Shown piece after piece: positions 13,550-26,498 of a stretch of 64,000 nt of DNA (its first letter is position 1; each line of letters begins with the position of its first letter). Under the pieces are notes generated by a model. That model was not told the DNA's origin and did not search any database. It worked only from the letters and a program-made list of their open reading frames with translations. Both the position numbers and the translations under genes were made by a program. Source of the stretch: Octopus vulgaris. Taxonomy: Eukaryota. The stretch spans positions 74,276,001 to 74,340,000 of the forward strand of contig OX597827.1 of NCBI GenBank assembly GCA_951406725.2, read 5' to 3'.

Positions 13550-13678
13550 CTTCTTGGCAGTTGTACCCGGTGTATCCTGCATCACACACTCCTGGACATA
13601 GTCCAATTATGTTGTTACATGTTTCGTAACAATGACAGGACTTTGTGCAATTGCGACCAAATCTACCGCTGAGACATT
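13550..13678 (-). pseudogene. EGF pseudo-exon A3 (splice acceptor lost)
   Basis: Acceptor CAG changed to CAT (plus-strand a at 13679); frame open but with S>Y, H>N and N>I changes (CHCYETCNNIIGLC). Confidence 0.8.
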
Positions 13679-14052
13679 ATGAAATAATAAAATAAAAACG
13701 TTAGCCATAAATTGCTATTATAAGAGTTTTATGATATAGTATGGATGACTTAATATGCTAGATATTGTTATATATTTTAGCATTACAGACCCTAGATAGA
13801 GATGAATATATACTTGATTCCTCATTGTATTTCCACGTGGATCAATGAAATGTCACTACAGATAATAAGATGAAAGTATTCGGGTAAAATAAAATTCCAT
13901 GAAATATCAAATACAGATAATTATAAAGAATCACGAGCTGAACACGACTTCTTTCAGCAACTTTTTCATACGTCGCCCTCTGTATATCAGAAATGGTGTT
14001 CAATGGTGATAGATTTATTAATGAATGACAGTTTGGTAAGTAGCTTGCTTCC

Positions 14053-15264
14053 GGTTCCGGTCGTTAGTTGTTATTCACTCGCCTGTTGAAGTCGCAACGT
14101 TGGTTTGCAGCTGGCGAAAATTAAAAGACACTCTACTGTAAGGTAAGACTTTTTGCTTCTTGAGTCCAGTAGGATTTGTTGCTTGTAGGTTTTATATTTT
14201 GTACTAGCACGGAGGCGAGATGGATCGAGGAGACCATCCGGCGAGGCCTGGGGGATAGCGGGCCCAGGCTATTGAGTGTAGAGATTACTCCCGCGGTCGA
14301 CTAGGAGGGGTCAAAGGCAACTTTGACCCTGTGGACCCCGGTGGCCGTGGGAGATATGATATTCCCACACTTCCTAAAAATGGCCGGGTACAGGTACCCG
14401 GTATTACTCGAGGGACGCCCTCCCCCCGAGTGTCACCTGTGCATGGAGCCTGGCCATATCAAAAGGAACTGTCCCGGGGGCCGTGGTGGTGCCCTGGAGC
14501 ATGAGGAAGAAAAGGTGTCCGCCGCCCCCTTATTGGAGGGGGAGACGGTACAAGTCGTGGTGGAAGTTGCCTCCACGAAAGGAAAAAGAAAGGTGAGCAA
14601 CAATGGTTGCTCACCAAAGAATGTTCAAGCGGCGGAGGAGGGTTGCGACCCTCCGCGTCTGTCGACGCAGCCCCCTACACCCGCAACCTCAAAAGAAAGA
14701 GAAAAAAGAGGAGCAGAGGACGGTCTGCGGATGTTCCTGGGCCGCCGACGGAGCCACCTGCGGATAGGGCTCCATCAGTGGGAAGTGTGCCACTGACGGA
14801 GCAGTGTGAAGTCCCTTCCTGTGAAGAGGAGGTGTTTGTCCTCCTTTACCACGAGGGAGGGACGGTGAGTAAATTTTTGGACGGCTTGGGTGACCGAGAA
14901 CGTGTGTACTCGGTCTACTCAAGTAGTCCGATATAGCATCCGCAGGTGGCTGAGGAGGCAGTTACTGAATAAATTTTGTCAAAGGTCGCTGTGAAAGAAT
15001 TTGCTTTCCTCTTTGCAGGCCCCGACTTATCGATGCAGAGTTGTCTGCAGTCGGCAAGTCACTTAGCTTGGGGGACCTGAAAAAGAGAATTGTAAGAAAA
15101 TTTTATATTGTTGTAAAGAAACTTTGTATTCGAGGGTTTATCGGTCGGTGGGCGCCAACATCCCTCCCATCCGCATTATTTCGTTCCATTTCATCTCATC
15201 CTGTCTATGTCCAGCCCACAAGCTTCTATCTGTGTACAGCCCTTGTGGCAAATTATATGAAATA
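14053..15264 (+). mobile_element. Internally deleted L1/Tx1-like non-LTR retrotransposon (ORF1 zinc-knuckle remnant) inserted in a SINE head
   Basis: GC-rich; CCHC knuckle CHLCMEPGHIKRNC; A-rich 3' end; 15-bp TSD aagtagcttgcttcc (14038-14052) / aagaagcttgcttcc (15265-15279); no endonuclease or RT seen. Confidence 0.72.
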
Positions 15265-15408
15265 AAGAAGCTTGCTTCCCAACCATATAGATCCGGGTTT
15301 AATCCCACTGCGTTGTACATTGGGCGTCTGTCTTTTACTATAGCGTCGGGCTGACCAAACCCTTGTTAGCAGATTTGGTCGGCGGAAACTGAAAGAAGGC
15401 AGTCGGAT
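15265..15408 (+). mobile_element. tRNA-derived SINE (remainder after the insertion); copy at 33437-33580
   Basis: cttgcttcccaacca...ccgggtttaatcccactgcg...gggctgaccaaa...ggaaactgaaagaag; uninterrupted version at 54425-54548. Confidence 0.75.
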
Positions 15409-15445
15409 GCATATATATACACACACACACACACATAAGTATATG

Positions 15446-15522
<77 letters not shown>

Positions 15523-15708
15523 AGGTGAATGAATTATCTTAGTATGGATAATTCGGTTAACCGATACCTGGGTAGCAAATTCACGTCAGAAAACACGGTT
15601 GAAGCTACATGCCAAATGCAGAAATCCCGTGATCTCGTGTGGAAATTTGTGTGTCTTTTTTAACTATGAATAAATGAAAGAATGAAGTCGAACGACGATT
15701 TAACAAAA

Positions 15709-15807
15709 TTCCTTTACTCTCGACACATGTTTCGAAGGCTGCATATTCTTAATTCCGAAGGAATAAAGGGTGCATTATACCGCCATCTCATCAGGAAAGA
15801 CAAGGAA
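15709..15807 (-). ncRNA. Type I hammerhead ribozyme motif (intact core), sense to the host pre-mRNA
   Basis: UUCCUUGUCUUUC-CUGAUGA-G[extended stem II]C-GAAAC-AUGU-GUC^GAGAGUAAAGGAA; minimal stem III with palindromic ACAUGU. Confidence 0.72.
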
Positions 15808-17633
15808 CTTATGTCAGCATCATGACGAACAAAAACTTTTAGATGACTGCCCACATGATGTCCACAGTAATAACGAGTGTTTCTTTAAAATATACCGTTA
15901 TAAGCAATGACGTCAAAATTGGTTGGATGGAGAATGTTCTAAAAAGTTCAAGAGTTCAAATTTGGTTGGAAGGAGAAAGTTCTAGGGAGGTGATAGAGTG
16001 CAAGCTGTATTGTATGGGGATGCGTGGGTGTATGCTATTTTTAATGAGTTTAAGTGCTTGTGTGTGTGTATGTATATAACTGGATTCGTGTCTGTGTGTG
16101 TGTGTGTGCGTGACCGTGTGTGTAGGGGTATAAATGTCAGAAACATTTAGTAGTGAGGTGACAAATTTGTGTCTGTGTGTTCGATTGTGGGTATGATAGA
16201 GAGAGAGAGAGAGAGAGGTAGGGAGATGCAGAGAGAAAGAGGAAAACATATCCCAACAAATTTAGTAGTAATTCTTCATGTACCGTAGTAGAAAAAAATT
16301 TTGTCTATGGTGGTGTTGTAGAAGTGAGACTAAATTATTAAATCAAAGAGTTTATCTATATTAATCATCATTCATATGAGTGGAAAGTATGTCTCTGCCA
16401 ATGTTTGCACTTATAGGATTTTTCTATAATTGTGTTTACCAAGAGGAATTTGGAGAAAAGTATAAAGAAGAGTTCGGAATTACAAATGCCACAGAATTTC
16501 CTGCCCTTATCAAAAGGAAAGGATACAGATAATATGGACCAGTCCAGTTTGAAAGTTATATTGCTGTCCTTAAGACGCCAAACTAATTTACTTAGTCCTA
16601 TACTATGTTGTTTTTTCTTATTTCGGAAAGTTGAATAATGATTGGAAATTCTCTTGGACAATCGAGAAGTTGTCGCGCCAATATCGAAGAAGACACCGGT
16701 ACTGGAAGAAATCTTACACTGGTAAATGGAGTTTTTAATTTTGGAATTGCTGGACAAGAACTTTAATCTGTTAGGGTTTTCCTCCGAGATTAAAACGGAG
16801 TTTCTATTGTTCTGATTGCTGTTAATATTACTGCTATCATTGATCACTACACTATTTCTATTATTGTTATTATTATTAGTTGTACTATCACCGGCAATAT
16901 CCCTGACAATAGAAATGCTGTCGTTGTTACCATCAACACTACCACTGTTATAAATCCCACTAATATTATTATTAATACCAACGCTGTTACGAATGTTGCT
17001 ATTATCAATACTATTTCTATCATTATTATTGTATGTTTGGTTGGAATTGGTTAGAATAGAGTTGTAACTCCCGGGTGAAGAATCTTTGTTTAGCAGCTTA
17101 TTATTATGGGAGGCGATAATTTGTGAAATATTTCTAGTGTTAGAGAATGCAATCTCACCCTATGCGAATTAATAATAGAGTAATACCTAGAATCCCTGGG
17201 AAAGTTCTTAGCTATGGCTTCACGGAACTGTAAGGGAAGATTTGATTTGATTTGCTTCCCGAAAGGTATAACAAACCAGATAGAGTTTTTTGTGGATTTA
17301 GAATTGGTCATATTGTTACTGTTGACAGTAAAGGGAAAAATTCCTGTGCTGGAAATTTGGGGTTGGTTGTCTATTTCTTCCACTGGTCCGTAAATTAATT
17401 TTCTTATCTACAGGGGTGCCGACATTGTTAGAGCTGGAATCAATATTCTCACTATTTCTATTGTTATTAGTTTTCTTATCCTGAGAAGCAATTATTGGTT
17501 TAGAACATTCTCCATCCAACCAATTTTGACGTCATTGCTTATAACGGTATATTTTAAAGAAACACTCGTTATTACTGTGGACATCATGTGGGCAGTCATC
17601 TAAAGGATTTGTTCGTCATGATGCTGACATAAG

Positions 17634-17732
17634 TTCCTTGTCTTTCCTGATGAGATGGCGACATAATGCACCCTTTATTCCTTCGGAATTAAGAATATGC
17701 AGCCTTCGAAACATGTGTCGAGAGTAAAGGAA
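17634..17732 (+). ncRNA. Type I hammerhead ribozyme motif (intact core)
   Basis: CTGATGAG at 17647 ... CGAAACATGTGTC ending at 17719; stem I arms ttccttg.tctttc / gagag.taaaggaa. Confidence 0.72.
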
Positions 17733-17765
17733 TTTTGTTAAATCGTCGTTCGACTCCATTCTTTC

Positions 17766-17837
<72 letters not shown>

Positions 17838-17839
<2 letters not shown>

Positions 17840-18223
17840 AGAAGGATCTGTGATGATCTGGGGTGGAGATTCATCTTGGAAATTCCTCGGCTTAATTGTT
17901 TCCCTTCATGGCAGAATTAATGGGGAAAGCTAATTAGGCAATTTATCTAATCAAATTAATCCTATGGTTGCGGAACTGTTTCCTGAAAGAAACGGAATCT
18001 TTCAGGATGATAATGCACCAATTCACACAGCTGAAGATGTTAGGGAATAGAGACGGTTTTAGCAGACGAATTGAGAATATTTTCTTTGGAATGAATTGAA
18101 ACTTTGTACGAGTCCGTACCTCGTAGTATTGAAGGTGTAATTATTGCCGACGGTGGTCCTACTCCATATTAAGATAATTTGTTTAGAATTTCAAGGTATT
18201 ACCATTATTTTGTCCAACGCCTG
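17838..18223 (+). mobile_element. Tc1 remnant, 3' part with internal deletion (unit 4)
   Basis: GSVMIWG..IFQDDNAPIHTA; 3' TIR ccattattttgtccaacgcctg. Confidence 0.85.
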
Positions 18224-18382
18224 TATTTATATATACACACAAAGACACACACACACACACACACACCACACACATACATATATATATATATACATGTGTG
18301 TGGGGGCTATATATATGTCTGTATTACATAGATATGTGTGTATATACATACTATATATATATATATATACACACATATATAT

Positions 18383-18588
18383 ATCATCATCATCATCATT
18401 GTTCGACCGTGGTCGAGACAATGGAATTTACCATGCTACGCCAGACTTCACGGTCCATCATGGCATTACGGAGGTCCTGTTGCTAGATGCCAGTATCTCT
18501 GGAGATTACATCAGGGTAGGAGAGTGTGTGCCCTCTGGTATTGCGAGTAGATGGCTTCCAGAGGAGAAGAGTAGAAATTACCTCTCTT
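18383..18588 (-). mobile_element. RTE-type LINE 3' fragment; copy at 36747-36952
   Basis: [47 protein letters not shown] followed by a (GAT)n tail. Confidence 0.7.
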
Positions 18589-18733
18589 TCATTTATATAT
18601 ACATGTATATATATATACATATATAGATATATATATATATATATATATATATGTATAAGGTTGAAAAGGAATATATGTATATGTATATATGTATGTACAT
18701 ACATATACATATATATATATACGTAATATTTAT

Positions 18734-18778
<45 letters not shown>

Positions 18779-18782
<4 letters not shown>

Positions 18783-18840
18783 GGTGCCCCAGCATGGCCA
18801 CAGCTCATTAGCTGAAACTGGAAAAATCAAAATCAAATCA
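18779..18840 (+). mobile_element. Very short 3' tail of the LINE family seen at 55050-56500; copy at 37168-37225
   Basis: ggcggtgccccagcatggccacagctc..tgaaact matches 56451-56490 (agcggtgcatcagcatggccgcagctc..tgaaact). Confidence 0.6.
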
Positions 18841-18854
18841 TATATCAAAATTAT

Positions 18855-19088
18855 AAATTAGGGTATCTACGAGATAACACCATGCTGAAAATAGCAGCCA
18901 TAATCTGACTTTAAAACCACCTTAATGGAGAGAAAACAAATAGACAAGATGAAAAGCTAAAAAATTAGTAGTTTCATCTTGTCTATTTGTTTTCTGTCAG
19001 TGTTGATATATGGACAATTAAGGTGTTTTTAGAGTCAGATCATGGCTGCTATTTTCAGCATGGTGGTATCTCATAGATACCCTAATTT
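18855..19088. repeat. ~230-bp imperfect hairpin (foldback/MITE-like)
   Basis: aaattagggtatcta...catgctgaaaatagcagccat...aaaacaaatagacaagatgaaa pairs with tttcatcttgtctatttgtttt...atggctgctattttcagcatg...tagataccctaattt. Confidence 0.85.
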
Positions 19089-19179
19089 TAATTTCAATTA
19101 TTATTACCTTTGAAGGTTCTTTTTTCCATGCTGACCACTTAAAAAAATCGTTATTTTATTGTAAATTAACGATCTTATA

Positions 19180-19235
<56 letters not shown>

Positions 19236-19560
19236 ATGTATGTATGTATGTATGTATGTATGTATGTATGTATATATATATATATATATAAATAAATACA
19301 TGTATATGTATATGTATAAATACATATGCATATATCCATACATGTATACAACAAGCATGAAAACGCATGACACCCATATATCTCATTATGAATTTACGAA
19401 GTATTTAATGAATCTAAGTTTGGAAAATATATTGGTTGTAAACCTGTATAGTCCCCGTCACAATTACCACGTTAATTAAATGAAAGGAAAGATAAAGTAA
19501 GAAACTGATGCAGAGATTTAAACATAATTTTATGAAATGTATCATAGTTTCATATCATAC

Positions 19561-19695
19561 TTTGTTGACAAAAGTCGCCTCTATATCCAGCAAAACATCC
19601 ATCTGAGCATTTTCCAGTTATTCTGTCGCAGTTTTCGTCGTCGATACAATGACATGTCCCTCCACAATTTCTACCAAATCTACCAACTTCACATT
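19561..19695 (-). CDS. EGF exon B4, contains RGD
   Basis: AG/GT intact; CEVGRFGRNCGGTCHCIDDENCDRITGKCSDGCFAGYRGDFCQQ. Confidence 0.9.
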
Positions 19696-19956
19696 CTGAA
19701 AATATTAATACAAAACACAATAGATTAGATATTATTAGCTCCACACAATAAAAGTTATGGCTGTAAGAGCTCTCTTCTACAAATATATGTGAGATATCAA
19801 AGACACGCCTTTTTATTATCTTATCTTAAAGCATAACTCATGAGTTAACATTGAAGTAGTCTTTGATGATAAATAATAAAGTTGATTTACGCTAAGAAAC
19901 ACTAAATCAAATGTAGAGAATTTTAATATGCTGGAATAAAAAGTATTGGAAATAAC

Positions 19957-20085
19957 CTTCTTGGCAGTTGTACCCGGTGTATCCTGCTTCACACACTCCT
20001 GGAAATAATCCATGTATGTGGTTACATCTTGCGTAACAATGATGAATCTTTGTGCAATTGCGACCAAATCTACCGCTGAGACATT
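19957..20085 (-). CDS. EGF exon A4, degenerate (2 of 8 Cys lost)
   Basis: AG/GT present and frame open; CLSGRFGRNCTKIHHCYARCNHIHGLFPGVCEAGYTGYNCQE. Confidence 0.55.
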
Positions 20086-20965
20086 CTGAAATCATAGAAA
20101 AATTGTTGGATATGAATTGCTATTATAAGAGTTTTATGTTATATTATAAATGATTCAGTATGTCAGATATTGTTTTTTCTTTTAGGATTACAGACACTAG
20201 ATAGAGATGAATATATACTTGATTCCTCATTGTATTTCCACGTGGATCAATGAAATAACACTCTAGATAATAAGATGAAAGTATTCGGGTAAAATAAAAT
20301 TCGATAAAATATCCAATATAAATAATTATAGAGAATCACGAGCAGACAAGCGACTTCTTTAAACATCTCTGAAACTGTTGACACACAAAAGCGCAGTAAA
20401 CTAAATCGCACCTTGTATCTTGAAGGTACGCTCTCAACATCACTCTATCTCTCTATATATATATATCTCCCTCTCTCTCTCCCTCTCTCTCTTTCTATCT
20501 CTCTCTCTCTCTCACCAGCTGATGATGCCATGTAATCACATCTTCAGCAAGATACCTATTCCTGTCTCTCTACCATACTTTTATATGCCTCAATACCGTA
20601 CCCCATTTTGCTGAAGGTTCTTGCCTTGGAAATCTTGGTGACATCACTAGTGCTGGTGCAACGACAAAAGCGCTCAGTACACACTGTAAAGTGTTTCATG
20701 TTAATAAGAGCATCCTGCTGTAGAAACCCTGCCAAAGCAGACACAATAGCTTGGCGCAGCCCTCTGCACTCGTTGGGACACAAAGAACCGCACAACGGCT
20801 ACCAACATACAGAACGGATGTCAAATGGTGATGATGATGATGATACCTAGTCTCATTGAAATGACGTTTTTAACATGGATGTTATAGCCCACCCGTTAGT
20901 TCAATCGATTTCTGTATGTCTTCTTCAAGTCTTCTCATCTACCTTATATCTATGATGTATATATA

Positions 20966-22212
20966 CAGAGGTTGGACAAAATAATGCAAACGCCTACTAT
21001 TATAGCATCAAAATTTTGAAATATCTATAAAAACCATCAAAATTTATTTTTATATATATATTCTGATTTATTATTTTTCTCGCATAATATATTTTGCTAA
21101 AATTGCTGTTTCTTTTCAGTTACCATTAGAAAAAGGTAATTGAAATTCATTAAAATATCAGATCTATTGGACTTTCAAAGAGGTCAAATTGTTGGTGCTC
21201 ATATGAGAGGTGCTAGCGTAACGAAAACAGCCGAAATATTTGGTTTATCAAGAAGTACTGTCCTGGAAAATAATGCAGCCTTTGACAAAGCGGGAAAAAC
21301 CTCCTCTTCGAAATAAAACTCTGGAGGAGAACCAAAATTTTCAGATAGGGACTCTTCCGTGAATTGTTAGAATGGATCACAAAAGTACAGTTCCCCAAAT
21401 TCCTGCAGAGCTTAAGGACCACCTTGAGAACTCTGTTTCCACAAAAAACTGTTCGCCGGAACTGCACAAAAACGGATTTCACGGGAAGGCTACAATCAGA
21501 AAACCACTACTTTCAAGAGAAACGTCGCAATGCGTTTAGAGTGGCGTAAAAACATAGAGAATTGGTGCCTAGAGCATCCTTTACTTAATTTCCAACGAGC
21601 AGTCGAGTATACTAGTGGAGAGAGCAAAAAGGATCAGGAAGCATTTGACCCAGACTGTCTTCTTCCAACTGTTAAATATGGAGGAGGATCTGTGATGATC
21701 TGGGTTGGGGATGCATCTCTGAAATTCTCCGGCCCAATTGTTTCCCTTCATGGCAGAATTAATAGTGAAGGCAAATTTAAGCATCTTATCTAATCAAATT
21801 CATCCTATGGTTGCGGAACTGTTTCCTGGGAGAAACGCAATCTTTCAGGATGATAAAGCACCAATTCAAACAGCTAAAGTTGTTACAGAATGGCAGGACA
21901 GACATTCTTGTGAAGTTGAACAGTTCATCGATTCACCACAGCCTCCAGATCTCAATATATTTTAGTTTTTATTGTTCATTGTATACAAACATATAAAGAG
22001 TCGATATCCTCCACCATAACAGCATCACCACTGCACGCAATGGAGACTTTTAAAGCTGAGGAATGGAGAAAATTTCCTTTCGAAAAAATTCAAACTTTGT
22101 AGGAGTCCATACCCAGTAGAATTGAAGCTGTAATTACTACCAAAGGCCTGGCTGATATTGCGATAATTTGTTTACAATTTCAAGGTGTTTCCATTATTTT
22201 GTCCAACCTCTG
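20966..22212 (+). mobile_element. Tc1 element, full length, defective (unit 5)
   Basis: Both TIRs with TA flanks; near-identical to 2043-3282. Confidence 0.92.
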
Positions 22213-22252
22213 TATTTATGTATACATACAAACACACACTCACACACACACG

Positions 22253-22286
<34 letters not shown>

Positions 22287-22690
22287 CACACATTTATGTA
22301 TATATATATATATACATGTGTATATATGTATATAAATACAAATACATATATATATGTACATATATATATATTTATTATATATATGTATATATATGTTATA
22401 TATATATGCATAAATACATGTATATATATACATAAAAACATGTATATATATATATATATATATATTTATAAATACATATACAGACATACATACATATGTA
22501 AAGCATACATAGAAACGCATGAAACCCACATATCTCAATATGAATTCACGAAGTATTTAATGAAACTAAGTTTGGAAAGTATATTGGTTATAAACCTGAA
22601 TCGTCCCCGATAAAAGGAAAGATAAAGTAAGGATCAGATGCAGAGATTAAAACATATCTTTATGAAATATGTTATAGTTTTATATCATAC

Positions 22691-22825
22691 TTTGTTGACA
22701 AAAGTCGCCTGTATATCCAGCTGAACATCCATCTGAGCATTTTCCAGTTATTCTGTCGCAGTTTTCGTCGTCGATACAATGACATGTTCTTCTACAATTG
22801 CTACCAAATCTACCAACTTCACATT
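22691..22825 (-). CDS. EGF exon B5
   Basis: AG/GT intact; as B1 but GYTGDF. Confidence 0.9.
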
Positions 22826-23086
22826 CTGAAAATATTAATATAAAATACAACAGATTAGATATTATTAGACCCACACAATAAAAGTTATGGCTGTAAGAGT
22901 TCTCTTCTACAAATATATGTGAGATATCAAAGACATGCTTTTTTATTACCTTATCTTAAAGCATAACTCATGAGTTAACATTGAAGTAGTCTTTGATAAC
23001 AAATAATAAAGGTGATTTACGCTAAGAAACACTAAATCAAATGTAGAGAATTTTAAAATGTTGGAATAAAAGGTGTTGGAAATAAC

Positions 23087-23215
23087 CTTCTTGGCAGTTG
23101 TACCCGGTGTATCCTTCATCACACACTCCTGGACATAGTCCATTTATGTGGTTACATGTTTCGGAACAATGACAGGACTTTGTGCAATTGCGACCAAATC
23201 TGCCGCTGAGACATT
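23087..23215 (-). CDS. EGF exon A5
   Basis: AG/GT intact; as A1 but VCDEGY. Confidence 0.88.
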
Positions 23216-23352
23216 CTGAAATAATAAAATAAAAACGTTGGGTATGAATTGCTATTATAAGAGTTTTATGGTATCTTATAGATGACTCAGTATCCAAGAT
23301 ATTGTAATTTCCTTTAGCGTTAAAACACCAGATAGAGATGAATATATACTTG

Positions 23353-24995
23353 ACTACCAGTGATACTCGCCGTTGCCCGTGTTGCATTCAATTGAAGAAT
23401 CTGTCTTTTCTCTTATAATTTCTGTAATGAACTGGAATATTTATGTTTCGAAATGCAGATGAGGGTTATTTGCCTCTTTACACACCCTAAAAAAATTGTA
23501 TTCCTGCCACATGTATCCCATATTACTGATTTTTATGCGCATATTCTAAAATTCCAGTCTTATTGGATTTTGCTCCTGAAAAATGAACTTCATGGAGCTC
23601 TAAAATGTGAGAGTTAAGGCCCCTGTTGGGGGTGGGTGTCTTGATGTCAAGCAGAGAAGTTGCATTGTTGAGAATCTTTTTAACTTGTGTCTTATATCTA
23701 TTGTTTGAATTTCTTTGAAATTGGAAATATATGTTCACTGGGTTTGTAAAAGAGAGCAAAGCTACAGGAAACCGAAAGACGAATGATCACAATGAGCAGT
23801 CAGCTACAGTACCCTAGTCGTTACCACTCCTAATGTAGGATTCCTCACAATCCAGGTGACAGGCACAGCCCTAAGATGCATTACGAATCTATCGCAACTG
23901 GAAGAGCGTGACCCAACTGAAATAAACATTAACAACTGTGTGACGTGAGTGCTAAGGAGAAATGAAAGTTGGAGTTTGCAAATGACCACTATAGTGATAC
24001 GTAACTGGACAGAATAAATTTAGAATCTATAAATGGCTTTGAATAACCAGTCACTCATCTTAGAGGGCCTTGAAATCAATATTACCATTTGGGGACTATT
24101 TGTGTCCCAGTGATAATAAAAAGACTGAAAGGAGGTCTGCAATCAAATAACTTTACTCAATACTTTGCAACTGAATCAGTGGAAACAAAGATGCCTTTCG
24201 ATTACTTGACAATTTATGCAGCACATTGCAGAAATCACAATCTAGGTGTATGTCAAAGCAAACTCTTACACTGTTGTACCATTGAATTACAAATAACGCT
24301 CATCTTTTATGCTCGGGTAACCCTACAGCTTCCAAGAGTACAACGACATTCGTCTTTGCTTAGATAAAATGACAAAATTGTGGGTGTTAAATCCCCATGG
24401 ATGGGTCTTTCTAACTTGTAAGAAGATAAATTTTATAAATATTACTTCATTTGTGTCTAATATCTATGGTTAAAATTTCATCAACAGCAAAAATACATGA
24501 ATTGTCATTGGGGTTATAGCCCTTATGCATAGAATATAATTTCCAAATTTCGTAAAGATCCATTCAGTACTTTTGACTTAGTTTTGGATCATAAAAGAAA
24601 TGACTAAGATTTAGGAGTTAAGGCCCCCATTAGGGTGTCTTAGAATCCTCATGTGAAGAGGAAACTTTCAGAATACTTCTTGATATGTGTCAATTACCCA
24701 TGGTTGAAATTTCCTCATCATCGAAAATTTATGAATTTTCGCAGGTGTTCTGCCCCCTTTAAACCATCTGAAATTCAAACCAAACATATTGCATTATACC
24801 CGCCCTTATGCATTGAATCTAAGTTTCAAATATTATAAGGACCCATACAGTAATTTTGGTCCATGAAATTACAGCATTACCCTTCTCCCTAGGTTTGGAT
24901 TTTGTGTTCCAAATTACATTATGATCGGTGCAGCAGTTTTCGAATGTATAAGAAATACACGAACACATATAGACATTGACTTTGATATAATAGAT
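23353..24995 (+). mobile_element. Copy of the DINE/HINE-like insertion
   Basis: Near-identical to 4411-6053. Confidence 0.5.
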
Positions 24996-25250
24996 ATGAA
25001 TGTGCACATATACATACATGTATACATACATATATATTTGATTGATTTCTTTCAGTTTCTGTCTACATAATCCACTGGCAAGGCTTTGGTTGGTCTGAGG
25101 CTATAGAAGACAGATGCCAAGTCACCACAGTGGGACTGAACCTAGGACCATGTGTTTTGGAACGAAGTTTGTTACCACACAGCCACACCTGCACCTATGT
25201 ATGTGTGTGTCTTTATGTGTGTATGGGTATATATATGTATGCCTGTATAT

Positions 25251-26101
25251 AAAAGTACAGTTCCCCAAATTCCTGCAGAGCTTAAGGACAACCTTGAGAA
25301 CCCTGTTTCCACAAAAAACTGTTTGCCGGAACTGCACAAAACCGCATTTCACGGGAGGGCTACCACTACTTTCAGAAAACCACTACTTTCAAGAAAATCG
25401 TCGCAATGCATTTAGAGTGGCGTGAAAACCTAGAGAATTGGTGCCCAGAGCATCCTTTTCCTAATTTCCGACAAGCGGTCGAGTATACGAGTGGAGAGAG
25501 CAAAAAGAAGCAGGAAGCATTTGACCCAGACTGCCTTCTTCCAACTGAACTGTTAAATATGGAGTGGGATCTGTGATGATCTGGGGTGGGGATGCATCTC
25601 TGAAATTCTCCGGCCCAATTGTTTCCCTTCCTGGCAGAATTAATAGTGAAGGCTATTTTATCTAATCATTTTATCTAATCAAAGTCGTCCTATGGTTGTG
25701 GAACTGTTTCCTGAGAGAAACGGAATCTTTCAGAATGATAAAGCACCAATTCACACAACTAAAGTTGTTACAGAATGGCAGGAAAAACATTCTAGTGATG
25801 TTGAAAAAGTCATCGATTCACCACAGTCCCCAGATCTCAATATTATTGAGCATTTATTGTGCATTTTATCAAAACGCATAAAGAGCCGATATCCTCCACC
25901 ATATCGACACCAACACTACAAATGATGTAGACTTTTTTACAAGATGAATGGAAGAAATATTCTTTGGAAACAATTTTAACTTTGTACGAGTCCATACCTT
26001 GTAGAATTAAAGATATAATTATTGCCAACGGCCGTCCTACCATATATTAAGATAATTTGTTAAAAATTTCAAGGTGTTTCAATTATTTTGTCCAACGCCT
26101 G
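25251..26101 (+). mobile_element. Tc1 remnant, 5'-truncated (unit 6)
   Basis: Near-identical to 6309-7159. Confidence 0.88.
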
Positions 26102-26154
26102 TATTTACGTATAACCACAGACACGCACACACACGCACACACACACAGACACAT

Positions 26155-26226
<72 letters not shown>

Positions 26227-26429
26227 GTGTGTGTGAGCTACATATATATCTGTATTACATAGATATGTATGTATATATATATTATATACATACACACATA
26301 TATATATATATACATGTATATAAATATGTATATATATATATATATACAAATATACATATATATATATGCCTAAATATATATATGTGTATATATATATATA
26401 CATACACATATTATATATATATATACATA

Positions 26430-26490
<61 letters not shown>

Positions 26491-26498
<8 letters not shown>

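Larger units (their letters stand above)
15519..17770 (-). mobile_element. Penelope-like element, non-autonomous: GIY-YIG endonuclease region between inverted ~270-bp terminal repeats
   Basis: ORF 16368-16847 (IYQCKI..DIGATT.RLSKRISNH.STF..LSKLVWRLK..WSIL..CGICNSE) and 17090-17383 (IWFVIPF..KNFP) match the Penelope linker/GIY-YIG region; 15671-15943 is inverted relative to 17499-17770; no RT. Confidence 0.85.
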
